Shown here piece after piece: positions 51,157 to 64,000 of a DNA stretch of 64,000 nucleotides. The number at the start of each line of letters is the position of its first letter. Position 1 is the first letter of the stretch. Origin of the DNA: Octopus vulgaris (lineage: Eukaryota); contig OX597820.1 in assembly GCA_951406725.2 (NCBI GenBank), positions 31,682,001 to 31,746,000 of the forward strand, in the 5' to 3' direction. Both the position numbers and the translations under genes were made by a program. Under the pieces are notes generated by a model, which did no database searches, had not been told where the DNA came from, and saw only the letters and a program-made list of their open reading frames with translations.

Positions 51157-51533
51157 ATGTATACCCATACAAATATATATGTATATATATATATATGCAC
51201 GCATACATACTTGCATATCTTTCTCCTTCTCTGTCTATCTATTTATCTATCTAGGTAGCTAGCTATCTGTCTAGCTATATATATACACACACATATATAT
51301 ATGCACACACACACACACGCACACACACACACGCACACACACACACATATATGTATACACACATCCATATATGCATACATTATATATATATATATACACA
51401 TATACATGCATATCCAAACGGAAGATTATATATGTATGCATTTTTTTGATGGCCCGATAACGGAAGCGATGCCGGCATGGGTTTCCGCCCCGACACGCGA
51501 AACTCGGAGTTTTATCTTGTCTACCGAATAATT

Positions 51534-51584
<51 letters not shown>

Positions 51585-51613
51585 GCATATATGCATACAT
51601 ATATGTATATACC

Positions 51614-51671
<58 letters not shown>

Positions 51672-51734
51672 TATATGCATACATATATGTATATACCTAT
51701 ATATATATATATATATATATATACATGCATATAT

Positions 51735-52030
51735 AGGCACAGGACATCAAAAAACATTAAACACAGAGAAACGAAAACATAAAAACAAAAACAGAAACGA
51801 ATTTTTTTCAAACAACGAAAAAAAAACAGGAAAACGAGACATACTACATATAGAATATTTCCCTTCTTCAGTTGTTCCTGTTTCATCTACTCCGCGTTAC
51901 GAAGGTAAGGACAAGACGCGACGCCGTTGAAACAGTCCTTCTCGCAAAGCAAATTAAATAAAACTTGGGATTTTTGCGGAGGGTGAAAGTGGTAACAAGA
52001 ACAGGACAGTGTTAACAAAACAGTAAAATC
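51735..52030 (-). mobile_element. Diverged subfamily copy of repeat family P
   Basis: Colinear similarity to 29757-30015; carries CTGAAGAAGGG on the minus strand. Confidence 0.6.
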
Positions 52031-52336
52031 AATAAAAAAAAGTAAAAACATATATATTTCAAATTCCGGGCACATCTAGATAATAACTGATCTATGTGTC
52101 ACGGGGTACTGGATAAGAAGTACTGCATCAATAACTTAAATAAATAACAGAAACATTGTTTTATATTCTTCTCGGTTCGTGGTTCTCAACCGGAGTCTGT
52201 ATGGTCCCTGAGGGTCCATATAAGATTTTAGAGGTGTCCATATAGCAAAATAATGTTTTGAAAATTTTTACCCAAACTGAAAATAATGACCTATAAATCT
52301 ATAAATTAATTTCATTATTTTTAATGAAGACTTTTT

Positions 52337-53772
52337 GGTCAAACTTCAGTGTTTGACTCGAGCGAAAGAAAAATAGTGTAAAACAACATGTAGTGAACGA
52401 ATATGAAAAATAAAAATGCGTACTGGCGAACAGGAGGCGGGGGAGAGGACTCTGAAAATTCCGAGTCCTCTCACCACTTCCCCGTTCTTGTTGATTATGT
52501 GCTACGTATGTCAGTTGATACCATCTCTGGCAAGGGCTTTGAAATAAAACCAAGAAGAAGTTCCAGACACCCAGCTGAGTACTTGACAGACACTGACTTT
52601 GCTGACGACATCGCTCTTATCAGTGATTCTCTCCCAGTCTCTTTTACAATCTCTTGAACAAGCCTCAAATTGTGTAGGTCTTTACCTCAATGAGGCCAAG
52701 ACTGAATACATAAACAAGTGCCTGTCCAACAGTGATTGCATCATCCATACTCTCAACAATGTGCCCTTAAATATGGTTTCTGATTACAAATATCTTGAGT
52801 CATACGTCATCATCTGGAAAAGACTTTCTAACTAGAAATGGTATGGCCTGGTCAGCCTGTAATGGCATGCATAAGATCTGGTCATCAAATCTAAGTAGAG
52901 ACTTCAAACTTGAAATCTTCAAAGCCATAGTCGAACCAATTCTACTATATGGCTCAGAAACCTGGACGTTATCAAAGAAGCTTGAGAGGCGGTTGTATGG
53001 AACCTACACTCGCCTCCTTATGAGAGCTCAAAATCTCTCGTGGAAGCGCCATCCAACCAAAATGCAAATATATGGGAAACTACCACCTGTGTCATCTCTT
53101 CTGAAGGGTAAGAGAGTCCAGTTTGCTGGACATTGTTGTAGAGCTGAAAAAGAGGTAATTTCTACTCTTCTCCTCTGGAAGCCATCTACTCGCAATACCA
53201 GAGGGTGCACGCTCTCCTACCCTGATGTAATCTCCAGGGATACAGGCATCCAGCAACAGGACCTCCGTAATGCCATGATGGACCGTGAAGTCTGGCGTAG
53301 CATTGTAAATTCCAGTCTCGACCACGGTCGAACAATGATGATGTTGAATGATGTTCTTCGTCGAAATTTTTTCTTCATAGTCATTTATTACACATTATTT
53401 CACACTTAGTACACTATTTTTTCCCCATTTTTGTGACGGTGGGGGTGGTATGTTTTCGGACTCGGATAATTCACACGATCTAGTAACCCCACTTCGACAC
53501 CCGGTCTCAAAAATATAAAAAAGATAGTGTAATAGGTGTAAAATAACATGTAGTAAACGAATACGAAAAAAAAATGCGCGCTGGCGAACAGGGGGAGGGA
53601 GGGAGGGGCGGGGAAGAGGACTCAGGAAATTCACATCGGGAATGCTCCGAGTCCTCTCATCTCCTGCCACCCGTTCGCCAGTGCGCATTGTTTTTCATAT
53701 TCGTTTGATACATGTTATTTTACACCTATTACACTATTTTTTTTGCTCGGGTCAAACACTAGAATTTTGACC
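52337..53772. mobile_element. Foldback/MITE-like element with two internal palindromic modules, interrupted by an RTE
   Basis: Terminal GGTCAAACTTCAGTGTTTGACTCGAGCG vs GCTCGGGTCAAACACTAGAATTTTGACC; 53524-53740 is itself a long inverted repeat. Confidence 0.75.
52485..53352 (+). pseudogene. 5'-truncated RTE-group LINE
   Basis: LTDTDFADDIALIS, VGLYLNEAKTEY, ILLYGSETWTL, QFAGHC, AMMDREVWR; frameshifts; (ATG)n tail. Confidence 0.9.
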
Positions 53773-53852
53773 GACTTTTTACTGTCAAAGAGATAACTGT
53801 CTTCTTATGAAAATCACGGCATTGTAGCCAATGCCACGTCTTCATACATATA

Positions 53853-54270
53853 CTCTTTTACTCTTTTACTCTTTTACTTGTTTCAGTCATTTGACTGCGG
53901 CCATGCTGGTGCACCGCCTTTAGTTGAGCAAATCGACCCCGGAACTTATTCTTTGAAAGCCCAGTACTTATTCTATCGGTCTCTTTTGCCGAACCGCTAA
54001 GTGACGGGAACGTAAACACACCAGCATTGGTTGTCAAGCAATGCTAGGGGGACAAACACAGACACACAAACATATACACACACACTTATATATATATACA
54101 TATATACGACAGGCTTCTTTCAGTTTCCGTCTACCAAATCCACTCACAAGGCATTGGTCGGCCCGGGGCTATAGCAGAAGACACTTGCCCAAGATGCCAC
54201 GCAGTGGGACTGAACCCGGAACCATGTGGTTGGTTAGCAAGCTACTTACCACACAGCCACTCCTGCGCCT
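53853..54270 (-). mobile_element. SINE family A, full length
   Basis: Same head, body and tail as 546-937. Confidence 0.92.
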
Positions 54271-54550
54271 ATACATAATTTGTTTGTTTGTTTGCTCTTT
54301 ACGAAAGAGATTTCTTTCTAAGAACCTGTTCATATATTGTTTTTAATTAAATGAACATATGCCAAGAATTCTATCACCGCCTCTTCGATTGCTCCAGGCA
54401 TATTTCTTCTACTTTTGATATTTTACTTCCATCTATTATTCTTTTTTCCTTGCTCTTACCATTGCTTTTTTTTTTTATATAAAGCCCTTATAACATTTTC
54501 AAAATAGCAGTTTATTACACATGAACTAATTTTTTAAAGTTTTAAATAAT

Positions 54551-54991
54551 TTACTCTTTCAATATTTTACTTGTTTCAGTCATTTGACTGCGGTCATGCT
54601 GGAGCACCGCCTTTTAGTCGAGCAAATCGACCCCAAGACTTATTCTTTGTAAGCCTAGTACTTATTCTATCGGTCTCTTTTGCCGAACCGCTAAGTGACG
54701 GGGATGTAAACACACCAGCATCGGTTGTTAAGCGATGTTGTGGGTGGGGTGTGGGGACAAACACAGACACACACAGACACACACATACACATACACACTC
54801 ACACACACACTCATACATATATCTATATACGACAGGCTTTCAGTTTCCGTCTACCAAATCCACTCACAAGGCTTTGGTCCTCCCAAGGCTATAGTAGAAG
54901 ACACTTTGCCCAAGGAGCCACACAGTGGGACTGAACCCGGAACCATGTGGTTCGTAAAGAAGTTACTTACCACACGGCCATTCCTACGCCT
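54551..54991 (-). mobile_element. SINE family A, full length
   Basis: Same head, body and tail as 546-937. Confidence 0.92.
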
Positions 54992-55210
54992 ACGTTTTTT
55001 TTATAAACCCCTTATAACATTTTCAAAATAGCAGTTTATTACACGTACTAATTTTAAAAAAATTAAAATTGGTAAATATTTTTAATCAGTTTACTTGTAC
55101 TGCACACTTTACACATTAACAGATAGTTTAAATGTACAAAACTTGTATTACATGCAGTCCACCATATTAAGAGCAATCGTTTGAGTTTTTGAATAACTTT
55201 TTTTCCATAT

Positions 55211-55370
55211 AAGCGTAGGAGTGGCTGTGTAGTAAGTAGCTTGCTTACGAACCACGTGATTCCGTCTCACTGCGTGGCAACTTGGGTAAGTGTCTTCTAC
55301 TATAGCTTCGGGCCGACTATGGCCTTGTGAGTAGATTTGGTAGACGAAAACTGAAGGAAGCCCATCGTGT
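55211..55370 (+). mobile_element. SINE family A, 5' half
   Basis: AGCGTAGGAGTGGCTGTGTAGTAAG...GTAGACGAAAACTGAAGGAAGCCC. Confidence 0.85.
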
Positions 55371-55633
55371 GTATGTATATATATATGTGTGTTATGTGTT
55401 ATGGTGCGGTTACTGATGAGAATTTCGCCTAGCAAATTATTTTATTTGTTAAAAAAAAATCGAAACTTAGGCATAACCGTAAACAAATAACATCGTAAAA
55501 GTTTTTATTTTTCATACCCTTCGTAATTGCTCTTAAATGTGGTTTTGATCGTTTTTGTCTGCTTCTTCTAGCGTGTAAAATTACCTGTTAAAGATAGTTT
55601 CTCTTGTGTTTAAATGTACACTATTTTATATTG

Positions 55634-55671
<38 letters not shown>

Positions 55672-55674
<3 letters not shown>

Positions 55675-56851
55675 TAGCATTATGATCCCTCGTTGCCCCG
55701 GGTCATAGTGCTAGTACATGTATATATGTGTATATATGTGTGTACATATTACATGTACATCTATATATATACATCTACACATAAAATACAAAATACAAAG
55801 TTATATCTTGATATCGCTAGTGGTAACAATACTCAAAATATATAACAGACTGGAATTGTAAGCCCGTCTCTTGCAATTTCGATCAATTGTATCTTGTCCT
55901 CCCTCTTGTATAGAAGTGTGGCTACAATCCAGCCTACCTCAACTTCAGGGTGGGGGTGGGGTCATTTTTAATTTTTATCCGGCACGTCCTACGTCCCAGA
56001 TATAAAGGTAAAAATAAAATATTTCCACTTTGCAAGTTGGAGTCGAGTACTCCCTTGCACGCTCCGTTGACTCGAACCTTGCTTCTAAAGTGGCGAATTT
56101 ACCGCCTCTGGTTAGATATCTTTCATAGTCGCACCAAGACACTTTTCGATGGTTCTTTCTTCCAGGTGTTCAAATCTTTTTTCTCTACATTGTATACTCT
56201 AGAGACAATAGTCTTTTTTTAATTTAATTTTTTATTATCCATCTGGACTATTCCATTTCTGCATGCTAATTTTATTTTTTATTTATTCCCATTCATGTGA
56301 AACCACTTATTCAAGTTCAAGTCATTGATGCAATTTTATACCAATTGCTATTTTTACTTTTGTTATGTTACGATTATATTATACTTTAGTTTGATTTTAA
56401 TTATTACTTACTACATATAATTCAATTGTTATTATTACTTTTATTGTTAAAGTGAAAGTATCTGACATAAAATAGAGAAATGTTATTGTTTCACTTTTAA
56501 CATGTAATACTGAAATAGTGGAGGAGATATAATATTGCTATGGGCTCGCTCTAGGCAAGAAGTTGAACATTTTTTTGCCCATGAAACTACATGGACTCTA
56601 AGTAAGGCATGTGTAAAATTTGAATGAAATTGGTTGTGTAGTTCTCAAGTTTTAGGGAATCTTAATGGAGAAGATATGATATTGCTGTGGGCTCGCCCTA
56701 GGCAAAAAGTTAAAAAATTTTTTGCCGATGACACTCCCCGGACTCTAAGTAAGATGTGTAAAATTTGAATGAAATTGGTTGTGTAGTTCTCAAGTTTTAG
56801 GTAAACACACAGATAGACAGACACACATTCTCAGTTTTATATATAGAGAGA
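55672..56851 (+). mobile_element. Non-autonomous Helitron/Helentron-like element
   Basis: 5' hairpin TACTAGCATTATGATCC...GGGTCATAGTGCTAGTA; two subterminal tandem repeats (56519-56657, 56666-56800); 3' ACAGACACACATTCTCAGTTTTATATATAGA. Confidence 0.55.
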
Positions 56852-56856
56852 TATAT

Positions 56857-57269
56857 AGGCGTAGGAGTGGCTGTGTGATAAGTAGCTTGCTTACGAACCA
56901 CATAGTCCGGGTTCAGTCCCACTGCGTGGCACATTGGGCAAAGTGTCTTCTACTATAGCCTCAGACCGACCAAAGACTTGTGAGTGGATTTTGTAGACGG
57001 AAACTAAAAGAAGCCCGTCGTATATATGTATATATACATGCATGTGTGTGTGTATGTATTTGTGTGTCTGTGTTTGTTCGCCCAACATCGCTTGACAACC
57101 GATGCTGGTGTGTTTACGTCCCCGTAACTTAGCGGTTCGGCAAAAGAGACCGATAGAATAAGTACTAGGCTTACAAAGAATAAGTCCAGGGGTCGATTTG
57201 CTCGACTAAAGGCGGTGCTCCAACACATGGCCACAGTCAAATAACTGAAACAAGCAAAAGAGGTAAAGA

Positions 57270-57271
<2 letters not shown>
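56857..57271 (+). mobile_element. SINE family A, full length
   Basis: Same head, body and tail as 546-937. Confidence 0.92.
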
Positions 57272-57335
<64 letters not shown>

Positions 57336-57433
57336 CGGTGGTGCCCCAGCATGGCCGCGGCCTTCGGACTAAAACATTTTTAAGGATTTATGGATTTAAG
57401 GATATATATATATATGTATTCTCTTTACTCTTT

Positions 57434-57473
<40 letters not shown>

Positions 57474-57491
57474 TATATATATATACTCTTT

Positions 57492-57543
<52 letters not shown>

Positions 57544-58382
57544 GTTTATATATAAAACTTACTTGGAAAAGGACGCGTGGCGTTCGATCATATAATAATA
57601 GAAATAATATATATATATATGCATATATACATATATGTGCATACCTACATATATATGTATACATACATGCATATATGGGTACAAGACATAAAAAAAATGT
57701 TGAACACAATGAGAAACGAAAGCATAAAAACAAAAAAAATTGTTTTTATTTTTTCGTTTCTCATTGTGTTCAACGTATATGTATATTTCTGCGCAGGTGT
57801 GAGTATTTGTGTGCAGGCCTTAGCCTCCAGTGCCAAAACGTACTGTCATCAAAGCAAGCAGAATGTCCAGTCAGCCGTGCCAAATCGCCAGTATTCAGTC
57901 AGCCATGCCCAGTAGTGTCATTCGGCAGCTGGAACGTCTCTGATCATAGGCCTATTCAGCATATGGCCCGGAGGTGAGATGGCCACGACTAGAACATTCT
58001 TGGTCATAGGATTACTCAATATCATTCCTTAAGACGCGTGGTCACGACTAGAACGTCTCTGTTTTTTTACGACTCCTCAGTGATCAGACTTTTTGTTACG
58101 GAAAACTTTATGGATAGATTTTGATAACAACGCTCATGCAGCTATCGGCTCCGGATTATGCTGGATTAAACAATTACCATGCTGGAATATGCACAATTGT
58201 CTGGTTATGTGTGTATGTGTATTTGTGTGCGTGTGTGTGTGTGTTGTATGTGTGAAATTGTTTTTATGTTTATGTATGTATGCATGTATGTATGTATGTA
58301 TGTATGTATGTATGTATGTATGTATGTATACATATACGTACGTACGTATCACTGTCTTTACTGTTTTCTCTCACTCTTTCCT

Positions 58383-58454
<72 letters not shown>

Positions 58455-58497
58455 TATATACATATATGCATATATACATATATATATATGCATATAC

Positions 58498-58547
<50 letters not shown>

Positions 58548-59700
58548 GATATCTTTTTATAGAGAGATGTATGCATATATATATATATGCATATATACAT
58601 ATATATATATATATAATGTATATTTATATATACATACATATGCATATATATATATGCATATATACACACATATATATATATAATGTATATTTATATATAC
58701 ATACATATGCATATACATACACACGTTAACTGTTTATAGAGAGAGCTTTATATATATATATATATATGTATACATGTACATCCATCAATCTATCATGTAT
58801 GCACATATATACACACAAACACGGAAATTCATACATTTGTGTGTATATGTACTTAAATATATGCATGCATATGTGTGTATGTATGTGCGTATTTATAAGG
58901 ATATCTATACCAATACGCTTATATTAACATTTTCACGCGCAAAAATACGCACACTCACACGCACATATATGCATGCCTATATATATATACACGTGTGCGT
59001 ATGTCAGTATAGGTTTTAAGTATGTCTGCCTGATTGTATATATGTTTGTATGTGTGTGTATATATATATGTGTGTTGTGTATATGTGTGTGCGCGCGCGT
59101 GTGTGTGTGTGTGTGAGATAAGAATGCACTGAATAACCCAAAAATTTCGCGTGATAGCCCAAACGTTAGACCGGCCCCCACCAGTCGGCTATTCTCAACC
59201 ACAACAGACAAACGCCAAACTTTGCACACGTCACGCTAATTGAACATCAGCCGGCAACCCAAACCCCCATCCAGCCACCCCCACCACCCTCACCCAACAA
59301 TTCTATGCGCCACCTCTCCATCATCCAACCTTCCACCCTTCCATTCTCCTATTCTCTTTTTTCCTCCTCCTTCTCCTCCTCCTCCTCCTCCGCTGACTCT
59401 TTCTCTTTCCCTGTCCTTTTCTCCGCTCTGCATCCTAGCTTCGAAGTTTACCTTTCATTTACACCTGTTATGAAAGACAGTTTAACGATACAAAATCGCA
59501 AACGCACATACATACACGGAGAGATACACACATACGCATATACATGTTCAAACACATAGGAATATGTGTGTGTGTGTATACATACATACATGCATACATA
59601 CATACGTGTATATATATGTATGTATACACATGAATTTATATAAACATGTAGTGTCTCTCAAAATCTGTTTGTCTGACTGTCAGTCTGTCCGTCTGTATGA

Positions 59701-59818
<118 letters not shown>

Positions 59819-59948
59819 GTCTATCGCTATGTACACAGAATTCTGTGTGTATATGTACGTGAACAAACGTGTGAGCGAATGAGCGAATTACACAAGTTTT
59901 GTCGAAAACAGAAACCAATTGTAAACTGGACGTTGACATTTATTCCAT

Positions 59949-60067
<119 letters not shown>

Positions 60068-60250
60068 GTATATACTACATAGAAATCAATAGGTATATAT
60101 GTTTGTATATATGCATAAATGTGCATTACATTCACATACACGTGGAAGTGTGTAAATACATATACACGTATTTATGCACACGCAAACGCATATTTCTCTA
60201 CCTCTCTTTCCGTCTGTCTCTGTTTCTATGTATACACCACAGTAAGATAA

Positions 60251-60290
<40 letters not shown>

Positions 60291-60379
60291 ACAAACACAT
60301 CTATTAATGAATATGTAGCTATATTTACATGCACATTTTTGTATGTATTTCTCTATCTCTCCCTCATTCTCTGTGTGTG

Positions 60380-60433
<54 letters not shown>

Positions 60434-60574
60434 TAAAAACATACAGTAGGCATACATATGTGGACATATACACGCGTATGCATAATCATACATGCGTATA
60501 GATATAAATACATTTAAAATTAGAAACATATTCTTACATAATATATACAAAATACGTGTGTGTGTATATAGGTG

Positions 60575-60615
<41 letters not shown>

Positions 60616-60629
60616 TTTACTCATTTATC

Positions 60630-60696
<67 letters not shown>

Positions 60697-61121
60697 GTAT
60701 GCCTATGCGCGAGTACACAAACATACACGCATACAAATATACGCATATGTGTGTGTACGCACTCATATAAACACATATACTTTCATCAGTGTACGCATAC
60801 GTGTCTCCACGCCAATATTTCATAGAATTCAAGATGGCGGTATTTAATATGATGGCAGCTTTTGTTTAGACCGGTGAACAACTATAATATTTAACGCAGT
60901 GGGGGAGTAGCGAGGTTCGCGCCGAGGCACCGCTGTGAACAAACAATTTTCTCCAGAATTTTCCAAAAGAAGGAATTGAAAATAACAGAGTTTTTCTTGG
61001 CACTGTGTCTATGTTTCATGATCGATGTTGGAATTCACAAACAGTCGCTCTCCCTGTTCCCCTCTTCCTCTCTTACACTTTATTTTCTTTCTCTCTCTGT
61101 ACGTCGTTCTTTCTCTCGCGC

Positions 61122-61169
<48 letters not shown>

Positions 61170-61239
61170 CCTGTTTATCTCTCTCAGTATATTTCGTACA
61201 TACACTTATACGTGTACTCACATATGTATATAAATCTAG

Positions 61240-61291
<52 letters not shown>

Positions 61292-61411
61292 CATGCGCAA
61301 AAGAATAATGCCAACAGTCACAGACACATACACAAATATATATATACACATATATGTGTGTGTACGTTTGTGTATATGTGTATATATGTAAATATATATA
61401 TATATATACAC

Positions 61412-61461
<50 letters not shown>

Positions 61462-61785
61462 ATATATATAAATGTATGTATATGTATGATTGTGTGAATA
61501 TGTATAGATATATACATACATACTGAACGTACGCATGCGCGCACACAGACACACACGCATACATATATGCATACATACATACACACGTGTATGTGTGTGT
61601 GTGTGCGCGTGTCTGTCTGTGTGCGTGTGATCACAGTCTCATATACATATAAATATAGTAGTTATGAACTGAAACATCATGCAAACATATACCAGTTATT
61701 ACCCTTAAAGTGCATACATACAGACATATACACACACATACGCATATATCTGCGTATATATATCTATGTGTGTTTGTGTATCCAT

Positions 61786-61836
<51 letters not shown>

Positions 61837-63099
61837 ATATCAATTTATGTCTGTGTTTACATTGAGGCACTCATTGACATACAAATATACATGCACACGC
61901 GCGTACGTTCACATATATATGCATACACACACATACACACACACACACTCATATGTAACTATAATCCTATAATCAAATACAGTCTGAAGAATATTTGGCA
62001 AAGAGAACCGCAAATTAAAATAGAGAGAGAAAGAAAGTGAGAGAGAGAGATAGAGATAGAGAGAACCTGAATGGGAAAGAGAGAGAGAGTGAGAGAGGAA
62101 AAGAGAGAGAGAGAGAGACAGAGACGAAGAGAAAGAAGTTGTGTTGAAATGCCGGGAGAAGGTTTCCTGGAAATCACGCGAGAACAAGCGTGAATTTTCG
62201 TAAACAAAAACACTGGAGATTCGTCAGTGTCGTTTGACCGTTTTAGTTAAGAATGAAGTTTTGATGCCTGCTTTACTGGCTTCTGTGTTTGTTGTCGACG
62301 GTGAAGTTGACGTTGCTACTGCTGTTCCTGTTGTTGTTATTGCCGCCGCCATTGTTGTTGTTGTCGATGTTGTTATTGTTATTGTTGTTACTGTCTGATA
62401 AAAATAGGAAACCATTTGGAAGACAAACGCTTTGTGTAATAGAGAAGAATCCTGATGTTGGTATAAGACGAATGCCATGTTAAGTTCAGTGATAACAGTC
62501 AAGGGTAAAAAGGTATTGGTTTCAATCGACCTCGGTGTATGATCGCAGCTAATTACTTAGTTCCAATAGCCCCTGCTCCGTCCTCCTGTGAAAGGATGAA
62601 GAAAGGGACCCTTTACGTGATTGTTTGGCCTGCCAGAAAACCCTCCCAGCAAAATCACCTTCAATCAACATCCTACAGTCTTGAAAAGGTCGGTGGATTG
62701 GAACAAACTGAATGTTGTTTCGCATGGTGTCTTACACACCCTCGGGCTAATATTCGAAATTCAATTGATGTATGTCTCTCCATCTTCATGGACTTTTTTC
62801 CATATCCATTCCGTGATTAAAGTGACCAGACAGTGCAGCGTCAAATCGTTTGTACCTTGTGGGCGATATCTGACATGTTAGGCATATAGGGTTATGGGGA
62901 TTCACTGTATCCCCACCAATGCAAACTAGCCATTGTCCGGTCGTAGCCTGATCTCAGTCTGTTTGTATATGTCGACTGTTTTCTGGTTATATGATAGAAA
63001 TAAAGCATTAATTGAAAAGACGTCTCTAATTCAACTATCTTACCAAGAAGGTGATCTCTTAAATCGCCATTCTAAGCTTCTTTAATTTAGAAATATTCT

Positions 63100-63500
63100 C
63101 TTCCATTTCCAGGGCTTCATCACTCCTGAAGGAGGTACTCCTCCCTGTACTCCTTCCACCGCTGTCTGTCTCTGGGCAGTTGTGGCCATATAGACACTAT
63201 ATAGCATTTCTTTAGGTGTATATGCTGTCAAGATGATATCATCTGCGAAATCCAGTTGGCCTAGTTGTTCTACGTTAATGGTGATGTCCTTTTCCCATTG
63301 GATTTTGTTGATAATAGCGTCTTGCGGGCACTATGTAAACAACTTCGGTAACGTGTTGTCGCCTTGCTTTGCCTCTCTCTCAAACATGACCATATCACTG
63401 TCTAGGTGTAACCTGAGGATTGATGTTACACTGCTGTAAAGACTTTTCAGACTTGCAATGTAGTTAGGGTCCACTTCTTGGTTCTTCAGTGTTGTTAGGA
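63100..63500 (-). pseudogene. Decayed RTE-clade RT fragment
   Basis: Minus strand WEKDITINVEQLGQLDFADDIIL, with degenerate upstream motif B-like sequence. Confidence 0.65.
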
Positions 63501-63684
63501 GCAGTATTTTCTTTTGATTTCAGTATTCTCCTTAGATTTCATTTCACTCTTGAGGTGATGGGTGCTGCTTTTGTTATTTGTTTCAAGGGCGTGACAATAT
63601 TTTTATTTCTGATATGATAGCTCTGTTTTTGATTGGTCCACCCCCATTATTTGTAACCAGAGAGCAATGGATTGATTGAATCGT

Positions 63685-63895
63685 CAGATCGTCGGAAAAC
63701 AATGTTTTATGGTTTTTGTTTCATCGCTTTATGTCCTGAGTTCAAATCCCGCCGGGTTCACATTTGACTGCCATCTTTTCAATGACCAGTCAAGTACTGG
63801 TACTTTATTTTAGTGATGTACAGGGTTCGATGGTACTTTCTAACTCCACTCCCTTAAAATTGCTAGACTTCAGTTTAAATCAGAAACCGTTATTA
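63685..63895 (+). mobile_element. SINE family B, decayed
   Basis: CCTGAGTTCAAATCCCGCCG...CAAGTACTGG, similar to 1023-1205. Confidence 0.55.
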
Positions 63896-64000
63896 GCAAC
63901 CAGATGAAACGTAGATTTTAATGACACCGGATATAACTGGTATCGTTTTTCGTATATAGGTTCTGATTTTATTTGTAATAGGCACCGCATATTTATACAA

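Overview
Eukaryotic, AT-rich, extremely microsatellite-dense DNA with no confidently identifiable host gene. The SINE families and repeat content suggest a cephalopod, most likely Octopus (inference). Nearly all ORFs in the supplied track are microsatellite artefacts. The real coding content is transposon-derived: a nested cluster of R4/Dong-type RLE retrotransposons in (TAA)n tracts (1.2-4.7 kb), a near-complete Neptune-type Penelope-like element (PLE; 23.9-28.0 kb, RT motif YIDG) plus decayed relatives, a CR1/L2-group LINE with an open ORF2 (30.6-34.0 kb), and RTE, Tx1-like, mariner/Tc1, piggyBac, Helitron-like and MITE remnants, along with many tRNA-derived SINEs. The most striking unexplained signal is a set of about seven different short non-coding repeat families carrying minimal type I hammerhead ribozyme (HHR) folds (CUGANGA...GAAA...NUH closed by a stem I). 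Most sit next to (TA)n tracts and many occur as head-to-head inverted twins. One joins a tRNA-derived Pol III head to an HHR, making it a candidate Penelope-mobilised ribozyme SINE. All folds were read by eye; none was computed or assayed.
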